The position numbers and the translations under genes were made by a program. A stretch of DNA of 64,000 bases from Myxococcota bacterium (GTDB lineage Bacteria; Myxococcota_A; UBA9160; UBA6930). The notes under the pieces were generated by a model. The model was not told the origin of the DNA. It was given only the letters and a program-made list of their open reading frames with translations, and searched no databases. Positions 1 to 9,641 of this stretch are shown piece by piece; position 1 is the stretch's first letter, and each line of letters starts with the position of its first letter. The DNA is taken from positions 5,472,001-5,536,000 of the forward strand of contig OZ245002.1 of the NCBI GenBank assembly GCA_965223415.1, written 5' to 3'.

Positions 1-520
1 GCTGCCCGGCGTCTTCGCGATCGAGCTCGAGCGCCACGGCGACGACCGCGGCTGGCTGGCCCGCACCTTCTGCGAGGAGGAGTTCGCGGCCGCCGGCCTG
101 CCCACCCGCTTCCCCCAGTCGACGGTCACGCGGACGCGCCAGAAGGGGATGCTGCGCGGGCTGCACTACCAGGCCGCGCCGAACCCGGAGGGCAAGCTCA
201 TCCGTTGCGGGCGCGGGCGCGTGTTCGACGTCGTGGTCGATCTCCGCGAAGACCTGCCCAGCTTCTGCCGCTGGCTCTCCTTCGAGCTCGACGGCGAAGG
301 CACGACCACCCTCTTCCTGCCGGCGGGCACGGCCCACGGCTTCCAGGCGCTCTCGGACGACGTGGAGATGGCCTACCAGATGACGACGGCCTACGTGCCC
401 GGGGCCGAGCGAGGCGTCCGGTGGGACGACCCAACCCTCGCGATCCCGTGGCCGCTGGCCGATCCGATCCTGTCGGACCGCGACCGCGCCCTCCCCTCCC
501 TCGCCGACCGCCTGCCGTGA
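1..520 (+). CDS. rmlC: dTDP-4-dehydrorhamnose 3,5-epimerase family (5' end outside window)
   Basis: Frame open from base 2 (LPGVFAIELERHGDDRGW); motifs LRGLHYQ, KLIRC, DVVVDLR, AHGFQAL, GVRWDDP. Confidence 0.9.
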   Translation, partial: LPGVFAIELERHGDDRGWLARTFCEEEFAAAGLPTRFPQSTVTRTRQKGMLRGLHYQAAPNPEGKLIRCGRGRVFDVVVDLREDLPSFCRWLSFELDGEGTTTLFLPAGTAHGFQALSDDVEMAYQMTTAYVPGAERGVRWDDPTLAIPWPLADPILSDRDRALPSLADRLP

Positions 521-1377
521 GAGTCCTCGTCACCGGCGCGAGCGGCTTCCTGGGCGGCGCGATCGCCCGGGAGCTCGACGCCGCGGGCCACGAGCTGGGC
601 CTGCTGCGGCACCGCTCGGACCCGCCCCCGCTGCAGGGCGCCGTCGCGATCGCCGGCAGCCTGGCGGAGGTCGACGACGGGGCGTTGCGCGCCTTCGCTC
701 CCGAGGCCTGCGTGCACGCGGCCTGGATGGCGACGCCCGGTGCCTACCTCCAGTCTCCCGAGAACGCTTCCCTGGTGGAGGCGTCGCTCGTATTGGCCGA
801 GCGGCTCACTTTTCTGGGAGCCCGCCACCTCGTCGTGCTCGGAAGCTGCGCCGAGAACGCCCCGGACGACGGTCCGGATTCCCTCGGCGGCTCCGCCTAC
901 GCCCGGGCCAAACGTTCGCTGGCCGAGCAGCTCCTGGCGGAAGGGGCCCGCGTCCCTCCCACCAGCTGGCTTCGGGTCTTCCACCCCTACGGCCCGGGCG
1001 AAGCGGCGGAGCGGCTCCCGAGCGCCTGCGCCCGCGCCCTGGCGTCCGGCGAGACCTTCCACGTCAGGCACCCGGACGTTCAGCGCGACTTCGTCTTCGT
1101 GACTGACGTGGCGGCGGCGGTGCGCTGCGTGCTTGCGAGCGAGCCCATCGGCGCCGCCGACCTCGGAACCGGCCAGCCGGTCACGGTCGGCGAGCTCGTG
1201 GATCGTGTGGCCGCGCTGGTGGGCGCCGACCCGGCGCTCGTCGTGCGGGGTACCGGAGCGTCCGCCGAGCCGCCCCTCGTCGCGGATCCCCGCGCCCTCG
1301 CCGCCCTGGGCTGGGCGCCGAAGCACGACCTCGCGAGCGGCCTCGCCCAGCTGCTCGCGGCCCTGGGCCTGCGCTGA
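517..1377 (+). CDS. NAD-dependent epimerase/dehydratase (NDP-sugar reductase-like)
   Basis: GTG overlaps rmlC stop; VTGASGFLG Rossmann motif, YARAK, PYGPGE, RDFVFVTD. Confidence 0.85.
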   Translation: MRVLVTGASGFLGGAIARELDAAGHELGLLRHRSDPPPLQGAVAIAGSLAEVDDGALRAFAPEACVHAAWMATPGAYLQSPENASLVEASLVLAERLTFLGARHLVVLGSCAENAPDDGPDSLGGSAYARAKRSLAEQLLAEGARVPPTSWLRVFHPYGPGEAAERLPSACARALASGETFHVRHPDVQRDFVFVTDVAAAVRCVLASEPIGAADLGTGQPVTVGELVDRVAALVGADPALVVRGTGASAEPPLVADPRALAALGWAPKHDLASGLAQLLAALGLR

Positions 1378-1378
1378 C

Positions 1379-2263
1379 ATGGCCGCGCCCCGGGTCACGA
1401 TCGGCGTCCCCACCCGCAACCGGGCGAAGAGCCTCGACCACACCCTGAGCTGCCTGGCCGGGCAGGGCTTCCGCGACCTGGAGCTGCGGATCTCGGACAA
1501 CGCCTCTTCCGACGAGACCCCCGAGGTGATCCGCCGCTGGACCGCCGCCGACCCGCGCATCCGTGCCACCCGCCACGCCGCCGACGTGGGCCCGGTCGAG
1601 AACTTCGACGGCCTGCGCCGCGACGTCGAGAGCGAGTACTTCATGTGGCTCGCCGACGACGACGAGGTGGACCCGGACTACGTGGAGACCTGCGTCGCCT
1701 TCCTGGACGCCCACCCCGACCACGTCCTGGCCTCGGGGCAGGCGACCCTCGACAACGTGGAGGGCAGCGGGAAGGGAACCGTGGTGCCGGGCGTGCCCGT
1801 GAACCTGCAGGACGCCCGTCCCGCGGAACGCGTGCTCCGCTACTACGAAGAGGTGATGGACAACAGCAGCTTCTACGGCGTCATCCGACGAGCGGCCCTG
1901 GACCGCATCCCGTTCCGCAACACCCTCGGAGCGGACTGGCTGATCGTCGCCGCCCTGGCGGCCCAGGGCCGCGTCCGCACCCTGGAGACGACGGGCCTGC
2001 GGCGGCCCCACCGCTGGGGGCCGGACAGCTTCTCGCGCATCCTGGCCGCCCAGCAGCTCCCGGCGGGCTGGGCGCGCCTACCCGGCTGGATCATCGCGCG
2101 GGACGCGTTTCGCGACGTACTGAGCTCCCCGGCCTACGCTCTGATGAGCCGCCCGGAACGGCTCCGCCTGGGCGCGCGCTGCACGCGCGCCGTGTGCCGT
2201 CACTTCCGCATCGGCGCCCGGGACGTGTTGGGCTTCTACGCCTCCGGCCGATCTACTCGATGA
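1379..2263 (+). CDS. Glycosyltransferase family 2
   Basis: VTIGVPTRNR, ISDNASSDET, YFMWLADDD. Confidence 0.9.
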   Translation: MAAPRVTIGVPTRNRAKSLDHTLSCLAGQGFRDLELRISDNASSDETPEVIRRWTAADPRIRATRHAADVGPVENFDGLRRDVESEYFMWLADDDEVDPDYVETCVAFLDAHPDHVLASGQATLDNVEGSGKGTVVPGVPVNLQDARPAERVLRYYEEVMDNSSFYGVIRRAALDRIPFRNTLGADWLIVAALAAQGRVRTLETTGLRRPHRWGPDSFSRILAAQQLPAGWARLPGWIIARDAFRDVLSSPAYALMSRPERLRLGARCTRAVCRHFRIGARDVLGFYASGRSTR

Positions 2264-3020
2264 CGCAGTAGGACACGTAGGGATCAAACGGGAAGCGTCG
2301 GATGCGGACCTGACCCAGGCCCAGCACCTCCTGCACCGCGGTCGTCTCTCCCGGGAAGATCTCGACGTTCAGCTCGTCGAAGGCGATGATGCCGCCCTTC
2401 GGCATGCGGGGGACGAAGGCCTCGAGGGCCGCCTTGGTCGGCTCGTACAAGTCGACGTCCAGGTGCAGGAGCGAGATGCGAAGGCCCGGGAAGTCCTCGG
2501 CGAACTTCGGCGCCGTCTCCGTGATGTCGCCCTCGATCACCACCGCCCGCTTCGCCCGGGGAAGGAAGCTGTCCCGGTGGAACAGGTCCACGTGGGTCAT
2601 CAGCTCGTCCCGGAAGGGCCCGGCGTCCCAGCCGCCTTCGCGCTTCTGCCACTTCTCGTCCGGCGGGCCGTCCTCGTCGGCGAGTCCGGTGAAGCCGGCG
2701 AAGCTGTCGAAGCCGAAGACGCGCCGCGTGCGGTCGCCGGGATGGAAGATCTCCAGGAACTTGGCCCAGGAGAAGAAGCTCACGCCTCGGTAGATCCCGA
2801 CCTGGACGACGTTCCCCGGGAGGTGGGCGACGCGCCGGTAGAGCTCGTAGTGCGCCAGGAAGCGCGTCATGGTGACGCGGCGTACGTAGACCGGGAACGA
2901 CTCCAGGATGTCGGAGAGGCGGTGGCCGGCCTTCTGGGTGACCGCGTCCAGCTCCTGCCGGATCTGCTCGTCGTGGTTGGTCGAGGCGCCGTGCCGCTGC
3001 CCCGCCTTCTCAGCCGCCAT
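2253..3020 (-). CDS. TylF/MycF-family sugar O-methyltransferase
   Basis: FGFDSFAGF, ISLLHLDVDLYEPT, GGIIAFDE, FPGET. Confidence 0.8.
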   Translation of the reverse strand: MAAEKAGQRHGASTNHDEQIRQELDAVTQKAGHRLSDILESFPVYVRRVTMTRFLAHYELYRRVAHLPGNVVQVGIYRGVSFFSWAKFLEIFHPGDRTRRVFGFDSFAGFTGLADEDGPPDEKWQKREGGWDAGPFRDELMTHVDLFHRDSFLPRAKRAVVIEGDITETAPKFAEDFPGLRISLLHLDVDLYEPTKAALEAFVPRMPKGGIIAFDELNVEIFPGETTAVQEVLGLGQVRIRRFPFDPYVSYCVIE

Positions 3021-3191
3021 GGGACCTCCGCGCGGGCGATCCCCTCCTGCCCGCTCGCGCCCTACTGATCTCCGAGAATCCTGCCAGATCGCCAAGCCTG
3101 CGCCGTCCCTCGGGAATCAGCCGTTGGCGGCACTGAACGAATCTCGCTACCCAGGACGCCCTGTCCCGGAGACCCACGAAACGGAGCCGTC

Positions 3192-4373
3192 GTGAGCGCG
3201 CCCCATTGCCCCGTCTGCGAAGGCTCGGAGAGCTTCCCGTTCCTGCGCCGGGAGCAGGTGGTCGCCAACCAGAACCGGCTCTTCGCCGACGCGGACGCGG
3301 CCCGGAACGCGCCGCGCGGCGATCTCGATCTCCGGCTCTGCACTGCCTGCGGCATGGGCTGGAACGCGGCCTTCGACCCGTCCCTCCCGCTCTACGGCGA
3401 GGACTACGAGAACGACCAGACGAGCTCGGCGGCCTTCCGTGAGCACCTGGGCGCGGTGCTCGACCGGATCCTCGCCAACGCGCCGGCAGCGGGCACCGTG
3501 GTCGAGGTCGGCTGCGGACAGGGAGTCTTCCTTCGCAAACTCCTGGCGGATCCCCGCATGGCGGGCTGGCGCGGCGAAGGCTTCGACCCCTCCTACCGCG
3601 GCGATGGCGAAGCAGACGCGGCCGAGCGCCTTCGCCTGCACCCGCGGCGCTACGACGCCGAGGCGGCCGCGCTGGCCGCCGACCTGGTGGTCTGTCGTCA
3701 CGTGATCGAGCACCTGCCGCGGCCGATGGCGCTTCTGAGCGACGCGGCCCGCGCGCTCCGCGGCTCCCCCGACGCGTCGGTCTGGTTCGAGACGCCCTGC
3801 CTCGAGTGGATCCTGCGCCACGGGGTGGCGTGGGATCTCTTCGTCGAGCATTGCGTGCTCTTCTCGGCCTCGTCCCTGGCGTTCGCCCTCTCGCGAGCGG
3901 GCTTCGCGGTCGGCGGCGTGGACACGATGTTCGGCGAGCAGTACCTGCTGGCCCACGCGACGCCCGGCCGCGCTGGCGTCGGCGCGCCGCCGAGCCGCGG
4001 CGCCACCCTCCCCCTGGCGCGTCGCTTCGCCGAGCTCGAGCCCAAACGGGTGGAGGGCTGGCGGGGCCTCGCCGCCCGGCAGCCGGGGCGCGGCACCAGC
4101 GTGCTCTGGAGCGCAGGCGCCAAGGGCGTGACCTTCGCGAACCTCGCGGATCCCGACGCGGAAGGTCTCGCCGCGGTGGTCGACAAGAACCCCGCCAAGC
4201 AGGACCTCTTCGTGCCGGGCACCGCCCATCGGGTGATCGCGCCGGCAGATCTTCGGGCCCTGGAGCCCTCGCGCGTGATCGTGCTGAATCCGAACTACAC
4301 CGCGGAGATTCGCGACGAGCTCCGGGAGCTGGGCGTGGATGCCGAGGTGATCGACCTGGGAGCCATCTCGTGA
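3192..4373 (+). CDS. SAM-dependent methyltransferase with N-terminal Zn site (NDP-hexose C-methyltransferase-like)
   Basis: CPVC..CTAC, VEVGCGQG, RHVIEH, SAGAKG, VDKNPAKQ. Confidence 0.8.
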   Translation: MSAPHCPVCEGSESFPFLRREQVVANQNRLFADADAARNAPRGDLDLRLCTACGMGWNAAFDPSLPLYGEDYENDQTSSAAFREHLGAVLDRILANAPAAGTVVEVGCGQGVFLRKLLADPRMAGWRGEGFDPSYRGDGEADAAERLRLHPRRYDAEAAALAADLVVCRHVIEHLPRPMALLSDAARALRGSPDASVWFETPCLEWILRHGVAWDLFVEHCVLFSASSLAFALSRAGFAVGGVDTMFGEQYLLAHATPGRAGVGAPPSRGATLPLARRFAELEPKRVEGWRGLAARQPGRGTSVLWSAGAKGVTFANLADPDAEGLAAVVDKNPAKQDLFVPGTAHRVIAPADLRALEPSRVIVLNPNYTAEIRDELRELGVDAEVIDLGAIS

Positions 4374-5140
4374 AGATCCTCGTGGACACCGATCGGGCGC
4401 TGCTGCGGGTCGAAGACGCGGAAGGCCAGCGCGAGATGGCGTTGCACTCGCCGGAGGCCTTCGAGGTGCTCTCCCGCGAGTGGCTGCGCGTGGGCTGGGG
4501 CCAGCGCTACAGCTACCGCTTCAGCTGGCTGGGTCGCCCGTTGATCCAGCTGCCCCAGGACCTGATGCGCATGCAGGAGCTAATCGTCGCCCAGCGTCCC
4601 GATCTCCTGATCGAGACCGGTGTCGCCCACGGCGGCTCGCTCGTCTTCCACGCCAGCCTGTTCGAGCTGCTGGGCCACGGCCGGGTGGTGGGCGTGGACG
4701 TCGAGATCCGCCCCCACAACCGCGAGGCGATCGAGACCCATCCGCTCGCCGGCCGCATCTCGCTGATCGAGGGGGACGCGATCGCCGAGGAGATCGTGGC
4801 GCGCGTCCGCGATCACGTGCGGCCGGACGAGCGCGTGATGGTGATCCTCGACTCGAATCACACCAAGGCCCACGTGGCCGGCGAGCTCGCGGCCTACTCC
4901 GACTTCGTCAGTCCCGGCCAGTACCTCGTGGTGGAGGACGGCTCGATGCGCGACCTGCACGACGTGCCGGGCGGGGACCCGTCCTGGATCCACGACAACC
5001 CGCTCGAGGCCGCTCGCGAGTTCCTCACCGCCCGTCCGGACTTCGAGCTGGCGCCGCCCCCGCCGCCCTTCCTCGAGAGCGAGATCCCCGAGGACCCGAA
5101 CACCTACTGGCCGGAGGCGTGGCTTCGCCGCAAGGGCTGA
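4370..5140 (+). CDS. CmcI/cephalosporin hydroxylase family (rhamnosyl O-methyltransferase-like)
   Basis: YSYRFSWLGRPLIQLPQD, IETGVAHGGS, VILDSNHT; GTG overlaps upstream stop. Confidence 0.85.
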   Translation: MKILVDTDRALLRVEDAEGQREMALHSPEAFEVLSREWLRVGWGQRYSYRFSWLGRPLIQLPQDLMRMQELIVAQRPDLLIETGVAHGGSLVFHASLFELLGHGRVVGVDVEIRPHNREAIETHPLAGRISLIEGDAIAEEIVARVRDHVRPDERVMVILDSNHTKAHVAGELAAYSDFVSPGQYLVVEDGSMRDLHDVPGGDPSWIHDNPLEAAREFLTARPDFELAPPPPPFLESEIPEDPNTYWPEAWLRRKG

Positions 5141-5151
5141 GCCGGGCTGCC

Positions 5152-5922
5152 GTGACCCGCCCCTTCCTCCTCCTCGCCACCCAACGCACCGGCTCCACCG
5201 TCGTCTGGCAGACCCTCGACGCCCACCCGCGGCTGCGCGTGCGGGGCGAGATGTTCATGAAGGGCATGGAACACCCGGAGTCGTACCCGGCTTCGCTGGC
5301 CCGCTGGGACCGCAGGCTGAGGGCGCGCCTGGCCCCGGGCGCGAGCGTGCAGCGCTACCTGAACGGCTTCTTCGCCGAGCGCGCCGGCATCGACGCCGCC
5401 GGCTTCAAGCTCATGTACAGCCAGGCGCGACCCGAGATCTGGGACTGGCTGGAGGCCCGGCGCGGCGACGTGCTCCACCTGGTGCGCGCCAACCCGCTCA
5501 AGATCCTGATCTCGAAGGCGGCGGCCGAGGCCAGTGGGCGGCGGCACCTGCCGCCCGGCGAGCGTCACGCGCCGCGTCCGGTCGCGTTGCCCACCGAAGG
5601 CCTGCTGGAGAGCCTCGACCGCATCCGCGCCCAGGTCGACACCCATCGCGCCCGGCTCGAAGGCCTGCGCCATCTCGAGATCACCTACGAAGAGCTGCTG
5701 GCGGCGCCCCAGGCGCTCTTCGACCGCTGCTTCTCGTTCCTCGGCGTCGAGCCCCGGCCGGTGGAGCTGGCGCTGCGCAAGCTCATGCCGGATGCGGTCC
5801 GCGATGCGCTGACGAACTACGAGGAGGTGGCGGCGATCCTCGCGGGCACGCCCCACGCCGCCCTCCTGGATCAGTCCGCCGACGGCTCCGCGCCCGCGGA
5901 TCAGTCGCCCGACGGCTCCTGA
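5152..5922 (+). CDS. Sulfotransferase (Stf0-like)
   Basis: TQRTGST PAPS-binding loop, GFKLMY, HLVR, ITYEEL, LTNYEEV. Confidence 0.8.
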   Translation: MTRPFLLLATQRTGSTVVWQTLDAHPRLRVRGEMFMKGMEHPESYPASLARWDRRLRARLAPGASVQRYLNGFFAERAGIDAAGFKLMYSQARPEIWDWLEARRGDVLHLVRANPLKILISKAAAEASGRRHLPPGERHAPRPVALPTEGLLESLDRIRAQVDTHRARLEGLRHLEITYEELLAAPQALFDRCFSFLGVEPRPVELALRKLMPDAVRDALTNYEEVAAILAGTPHAALLDQSADGSAPADQSPDGS

Positions 5923-6353
5923 TAGGGAATCACCTGGCCCGTCAGATCCGGCGGCCCCTGGTACAGCGGCTCGAACTGGCGGCGGGTGAAGAGCCAGCGC
6001 CCGTTCTGCTTGCGCAGCTCGTCGTGGTAGACGGCCAGGGTGAGCAGGCGGTCGCCCTTCGAGGTGTGGCCCATTTCGCTCAGGTAGAAGCGGCCGCGGG
6101 CGGTGTCGCCGTCGATCTCCACCGTGCCGGAGTAGATGAGCTGGATGACGAAGGAGAAGAAGCCCATGGCGCCGCGCCACATGTTCACGATGGCGTCGCG
6201 GCCCTCGATCGTGTTGCCCAGCATCTTCCAGACGCCGTCCTCGGCCCAGGTGGCGGCCCAGTCCGCCTCGGCGTGGCGGTTCACGGCGTCCGCGTAGCGG
6301 GCCACCAGGTTGCGGATCTCGAGCTCGTCCCGGAGGTTGTCGTCGCTGCTCAT
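5901..6353 (-). CDS. NTF2/SnoaL-like family protein
   Basis: EIRNLVARYADAV, WAEDGVW, YHDELRKQNGRWLFTRR. Confidence 0.8.
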   Translation of the reverse strand: MSSDDNLRDELEIRNLVARYADAVNRHAEADWAATWAEDGVWKMLGNTIEGRDAIVNMWRGAMGFFSFVIQLIYSGTVEIDGDTARGRFYLSEMGHTSKGDRLLTLAVYHDELRKQNGRWLFTRRQFEPLYQGPPDLTGQVIPYQEPSGD

Positions 6354-6392
6354 CCGGCGCAGTATGGCGCATTCCCGTAGCAGGAGAACCGC

Positions 6393-7364
6393 GTGGCCCG
6401 TCCCTTCCGATTCGCCGTCCAGTCTTTCAGCGCGCCGAGCGCCGCCGCCTGGCGCGATCGCGCCCGCCAGGTCGAGAGCCTGGGCTACGCGACCCTCCAC
6501 CTGGCCGACCACATCCTCGGGCCGGGCCCGGCGATCGCCTCGACGAACCACCCGATCCAGGAGCTGGCCGCGGTGCCCGCCATCGCCGCCGCGGCGGCCG
6601 CCACCGAGGCCCTGCGGGTCGGCTGCCGGGTCTTCTGCATCGACTACCGCCACCCGGTCATGCTCGTGAAGGAAGCCGCCACCCTCGACGTGCTCTCGGA
6701 CGGCCGCCTCGAGCTGGGGCTCGGCGCCGGCTGGCTGCAGGCGGAGTACGAGGCGATCGGCCTCCCCATGGACCCGATCGGCACGCGCATCGACCGGCTC
6801 GAAGAGACCCTGGGCCTGCTCAAGACCCTGACGGCTCCCGGCGAAGCGAAGGTGGAGGGACGCCACGTCCACGCGGCGGGCTTCGAGGGGGCTCCCCAGC
6901 CGGTGCAGAAGCCGCACCCGCCGGTCCTGATCGGCGGCGGCAGCAAGCGGGTCCTCTCGCTGGCCGGGCGCGAGGCGGACATCGTGAGCTTCAACTTCAA
7001 CAACCGCTCCGGCGTGCTGGGCCCCGACGGCATGGCGAGCGGCACCGCCGAGGAGACCGCCAAGAAGGTCGCCTGGGTGCGGGAGGCCGCCGGCGAGCGC
7101 TTCGATTCCCTCGAGCTCGAGATTGGCGCCTACATGACCTTCGTCACGGACGACGCGAACGGCATGGCCACGGCCATGGGCGGCGCCATGGGCCTCGAGC
7201 CCGAGGCGATGCTGGCCCATCCCCACGCGCTCATCGGCTCCGTCGACGGCATCTGCGAGGAGCTGGAGCGCCGCCGGGAGACCTTCGGCATCTCCTACGT
7301 CACGGTTCCCGACAACGTGATCGACGCGTTCGCGCCGGTCGTCGCGAAGCTCGCCGGACGTTAG
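6393..7364 (+). CDS. LLM-class (probably F420-dependent) oxidoreductase
   Basis: LHLADH, DYRHPVMLVKEAATLDVLSDGRLELGLGAGW; AGGAGA SD. Confidence 0.85.
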   Translation: MARPFRFAVQSFSAPSAAAWRDRARQVESLGYATLHLADHILGPGPAIASTNHPIQELAAVPAIAAAAAATEALRVGCRVFCIDYRHPVMLVKEAATLDVLSDGRLELGLGAGWLQAEYEAIGLPMDPIGTRIDRLEETLGLLKTLTAPGEAKVEGRHVHAAGFEGAPQPVQKPHPPVLIGGGSKRVLSLAGREADIVSFNFNNRSGVLGPDGMASGTAEETAKKVAWVREAAGERFDSLELEIGAYMTFVTDDANGMATAMGGAMGLEPEAMLAHPHALIGSVDGICEELERRRETFGISYVTVPDNVIDAFAPVVAKLAGR

Positions 7365-7367
7365 GCG

Positions 7368-8294
7368 CTACTCGAAGCGGGGGCCGATCCAGCCGTCGGC
7401 CAGGAGCCGCTCCCGCTGGTCGGCGTCGTGGGAGGCCACCAGCCTCACCGACCCGCTCCGGTCGAGCTCGTGCAGGGTGCGGAACTGGGCCATGGTCGCA
7501 GCGCGGTCCTCGCCGAGCAGGAAGTCCGTCACCAGGCGGGGCCGGTAGACGAGCTCGCGGATCTGGCGCATGTGCCAGGCGGTATCGCCGACGAAGAGGA
7601 GCTCGCGACCGTCGCGGAGGGCCACGTAGACCATCTGGTTCCCCGGCGTGTGGCCGGCGGCCTCGATGGCCACGACGCCCGGTGCCACCGGCGCGTAGCG
7701 GTCGGCGGGGAGCGGCGTGCCACCGGTGCGCAGGGCCTCCGGCATGTCGACCAGGTCGAGGGCGGAGGTGTTGGCGAGCTGCGCGGCATTGAAGCGGACA
7801 CGACCGGCCAGCGCGGCGGCGTCGCCCCGGGCCGCGCCGTCGATGTGGTCCTCGTGCTCGTGGGTGAAGACGATCGCCTCGGCGCCCCCGAACCCGGCCT
7901 GCATGCGGTCGTAGGCGTCGGGGTGGAAGGCGGCCTCGCCGCCCGCGGACGCGGCCATCTCCCGGGCCGTGGTCTCGGCCATGGCCGCGTCGATCACCAC
8001 GCGGCGGTCCTCCCAGACGACCTGGAAGGAGCGGTGGACCAACGGGTGGGGCTCGAAGCTCTCGCCGGCGAACAGCGCCGCCCGGGACATCGAGGTCTCG
8101 GCCACCAGCTCCTCGTTCACGCGCAACGGCCTGGCCCCGGGCAGCGAGGCCGCCACGCGTCGCACCTCCACCAGGTCCAGCTCGTAGCTCGACTCCTCGG
8201 GGATCGGCTCCGGGCCGAGCAGCCAGGAGCGCCCGAGCCATCCGAGGCCGACCAGCACGGCTCCCACGATCGCGAGGATGCGCAGCGCCTTCAC
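7368..8294 (-). CDS. MBL-fold metallo-hydrolase, N-terminally membrane-anchored
   Basis: THEHEDH, GHTPG, VGD, SHD; hydrophobic N-terminus; GTG overlaps upstream stop. Confidence 0.8.
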   Translation of the reverse strand: MKALRILAIVGAVLVGLGWLGRSWLLGPEPIPEESSYELDLVEVRRVAASLPGARPLRVNEELVAETSMSRAALFAGESFEPHPLVHRSFQVVWEDRRVVIDAAMAETTAREMAASAGGEAAFHPDAYDRMQAGFGGAEAIVFTHEHEDHIDGAARGDAAALAGRVRFNAAQLANTSALDLVDMPEALRTGGTPLPADRYAPVAPGVVAIEAAGHTPGNQMVYVALRDGRELLFVGDTAWHMRQIRELVYRPRLVTDFLLGEDRAATMAQFRTLHELDRSGSVRLVASHDADQRERLLADGWIGPRFE

Positions 8295-8749
8295 GCATAG
8301 CTCCAGCTCTTCGCGGGTGCCGTGCCCTCGGCGTACTCCATGCACTGGATGTCGAACCAGATCGGCAGCAGGTACTTCACGTAGAAGGCGTGCACCGTCA
8401 CGTCGCCGGCGGCGAGATCCTCGTACTCCTTGATCCGCACGCGGTCGTCCTTCGCCTGCCACTTGCGGCAGGCTTCGAGCAGGGCGTCCACCTCGGCGCG
8501 GGTCTCGTAGAGGAGCCCCAGGTGGTCGTAGCCCGGCGAGTGGAGGGGCTCGTCCACCTCGGTCACGAGGATGAACTGGCTCGTCTCCGGATCCGAGCGC
8601 AGCAGCAGGCCGGTCTGCTTCAGGATGGGCACGTCGAGCCCCTCCCAGCCGAGGACCTCGCCGTAGAAGGTGCGCAGGGCTTCGCGGTGACGGGTGAGCT
8701 CGCCCTTGGCGAGGGTGAGCTCCATGTGGTTGAAGCGCATGTCGGGCAT
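8291..8749 (-). CDS. VOC/glyoxalase-like protein
   Basis: FNHMELT, FYGEVLGW, DHLGL. Confidence 0.65.
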   Translation of the reverse strand: MPDMRFNHMELTLAKGELTRHREALRTFYGEVLGWEGLDVPILKQTGLLLRSDPETSQFILVTEVDEPLHSPGYDHLGLLYETRAEVDALLEACRKWQAKDDRVRIKEYEDLAAGDVTVHAFYVKYLLPIWFDIQCMEYAEGTAPAKSWSYA

Positions 8750-8786
8750 GCGGGGAGGCTACCCCAGGCGGCGCTACGCTCGGTGC

Positions 8787-9641
8787 GTGATCGAGGTGGA
8801 CGGCCTGGTCTTCTCCTACCCCGGGGCCACGAGACCCGCGGTGCAGGAGGTGTCCTTCGCGGTGGAGGCCGGCGAGGTCTTCGGCTTCCTCGGACCCAAC
8901 GGCGCCGGCAAGAGCACGACCCAGAAGATCCTGACGGGCCTGCTACGCGACTACACGGGCCGGGTGGACGTCCTCGACCGCGAGGTGCGGGCCTGGGGCG
9001 CGGACCTGTACGAGCGCGTGGGCGTCGGCTTCGAGCTGCCGGTGCACTACGGGCGGCTCACGGCCCGGGAGAACCTGCGCTACTTCGCGTCCCTCTACGC
9101 GGGGGAGACGGCGGACACGGACGAGCTGCTGGCCCAGGTGGACCTCCTGGACCAGGCGGACGTGCGGGTGGCGCGCTTCTCGAAGGGCATGCGGGTGCGG
9201 CTCTCCTTCGCCCGCGCGACCCTGAACCGCCCGGAGCTGCTGTTCCTGGACGAGCCCACCACCGGCCTCGACCCGCTGAGCGCGCGGCGCATCAAGGACC
9301 TGATCGAAGCGCACCGCGCCCGCGGAGCGACGGCCTTCCTCACCACCCACGACATGGCGACCGCCGACGAGCTGTGCGACCGCGTCGCCTTCCTGGTGGA
9401 CGGACGCGTGGCGCTGATCGATGCGCCGCGGGAGCTGAAGGTGCGCCACGGCGAGCGTCGCGTGCGCCTCGAGGTCCGGGCGAACGGGACGCTCGAGACC
9501 CGGGACTTCCCGTTGCAGGGCCTCGCCGAGAACGCGGCCTTCCAGGCGACCCTTCGCGAGCCGACCCTGGAGACGATCCACACCCAGGAGACCTCCCTGG
9601 AGGACATCTTCATCCGCGTCACCGGCCGGGAGCTCGGATGA
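8787..9641 (+). CDS. ABC exporter ATP-binding subunit (Rv2688c-like)
   Basis: GPNGAGKST, FSKGM, LFLDEPTTGLD. Confidence 0.9.
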   Translation: MIEVDGLVFSYPGATRPAVQEVSFAVEAGEVFGFLGPNGAGKSTTQKILTGLLRDYTGRVDVLDREVRAWGADLYERVGVGFELPVHYGRLTARENLRYFASLYAGETADTDELLAQVDLLDQADVRVARFSKGMRVRLSFARATLNRPELLFLDEPTTGLDPLSARRIKDLIEAHRARGATAFLTTHDMATADELCDRVAFLVDGRVALIDAPRELKVRHGERRVRLEVRANGTLETRDFPLQGLAENAAFQATLREPTLETIHTQETSLEDIFIRVTGRELG

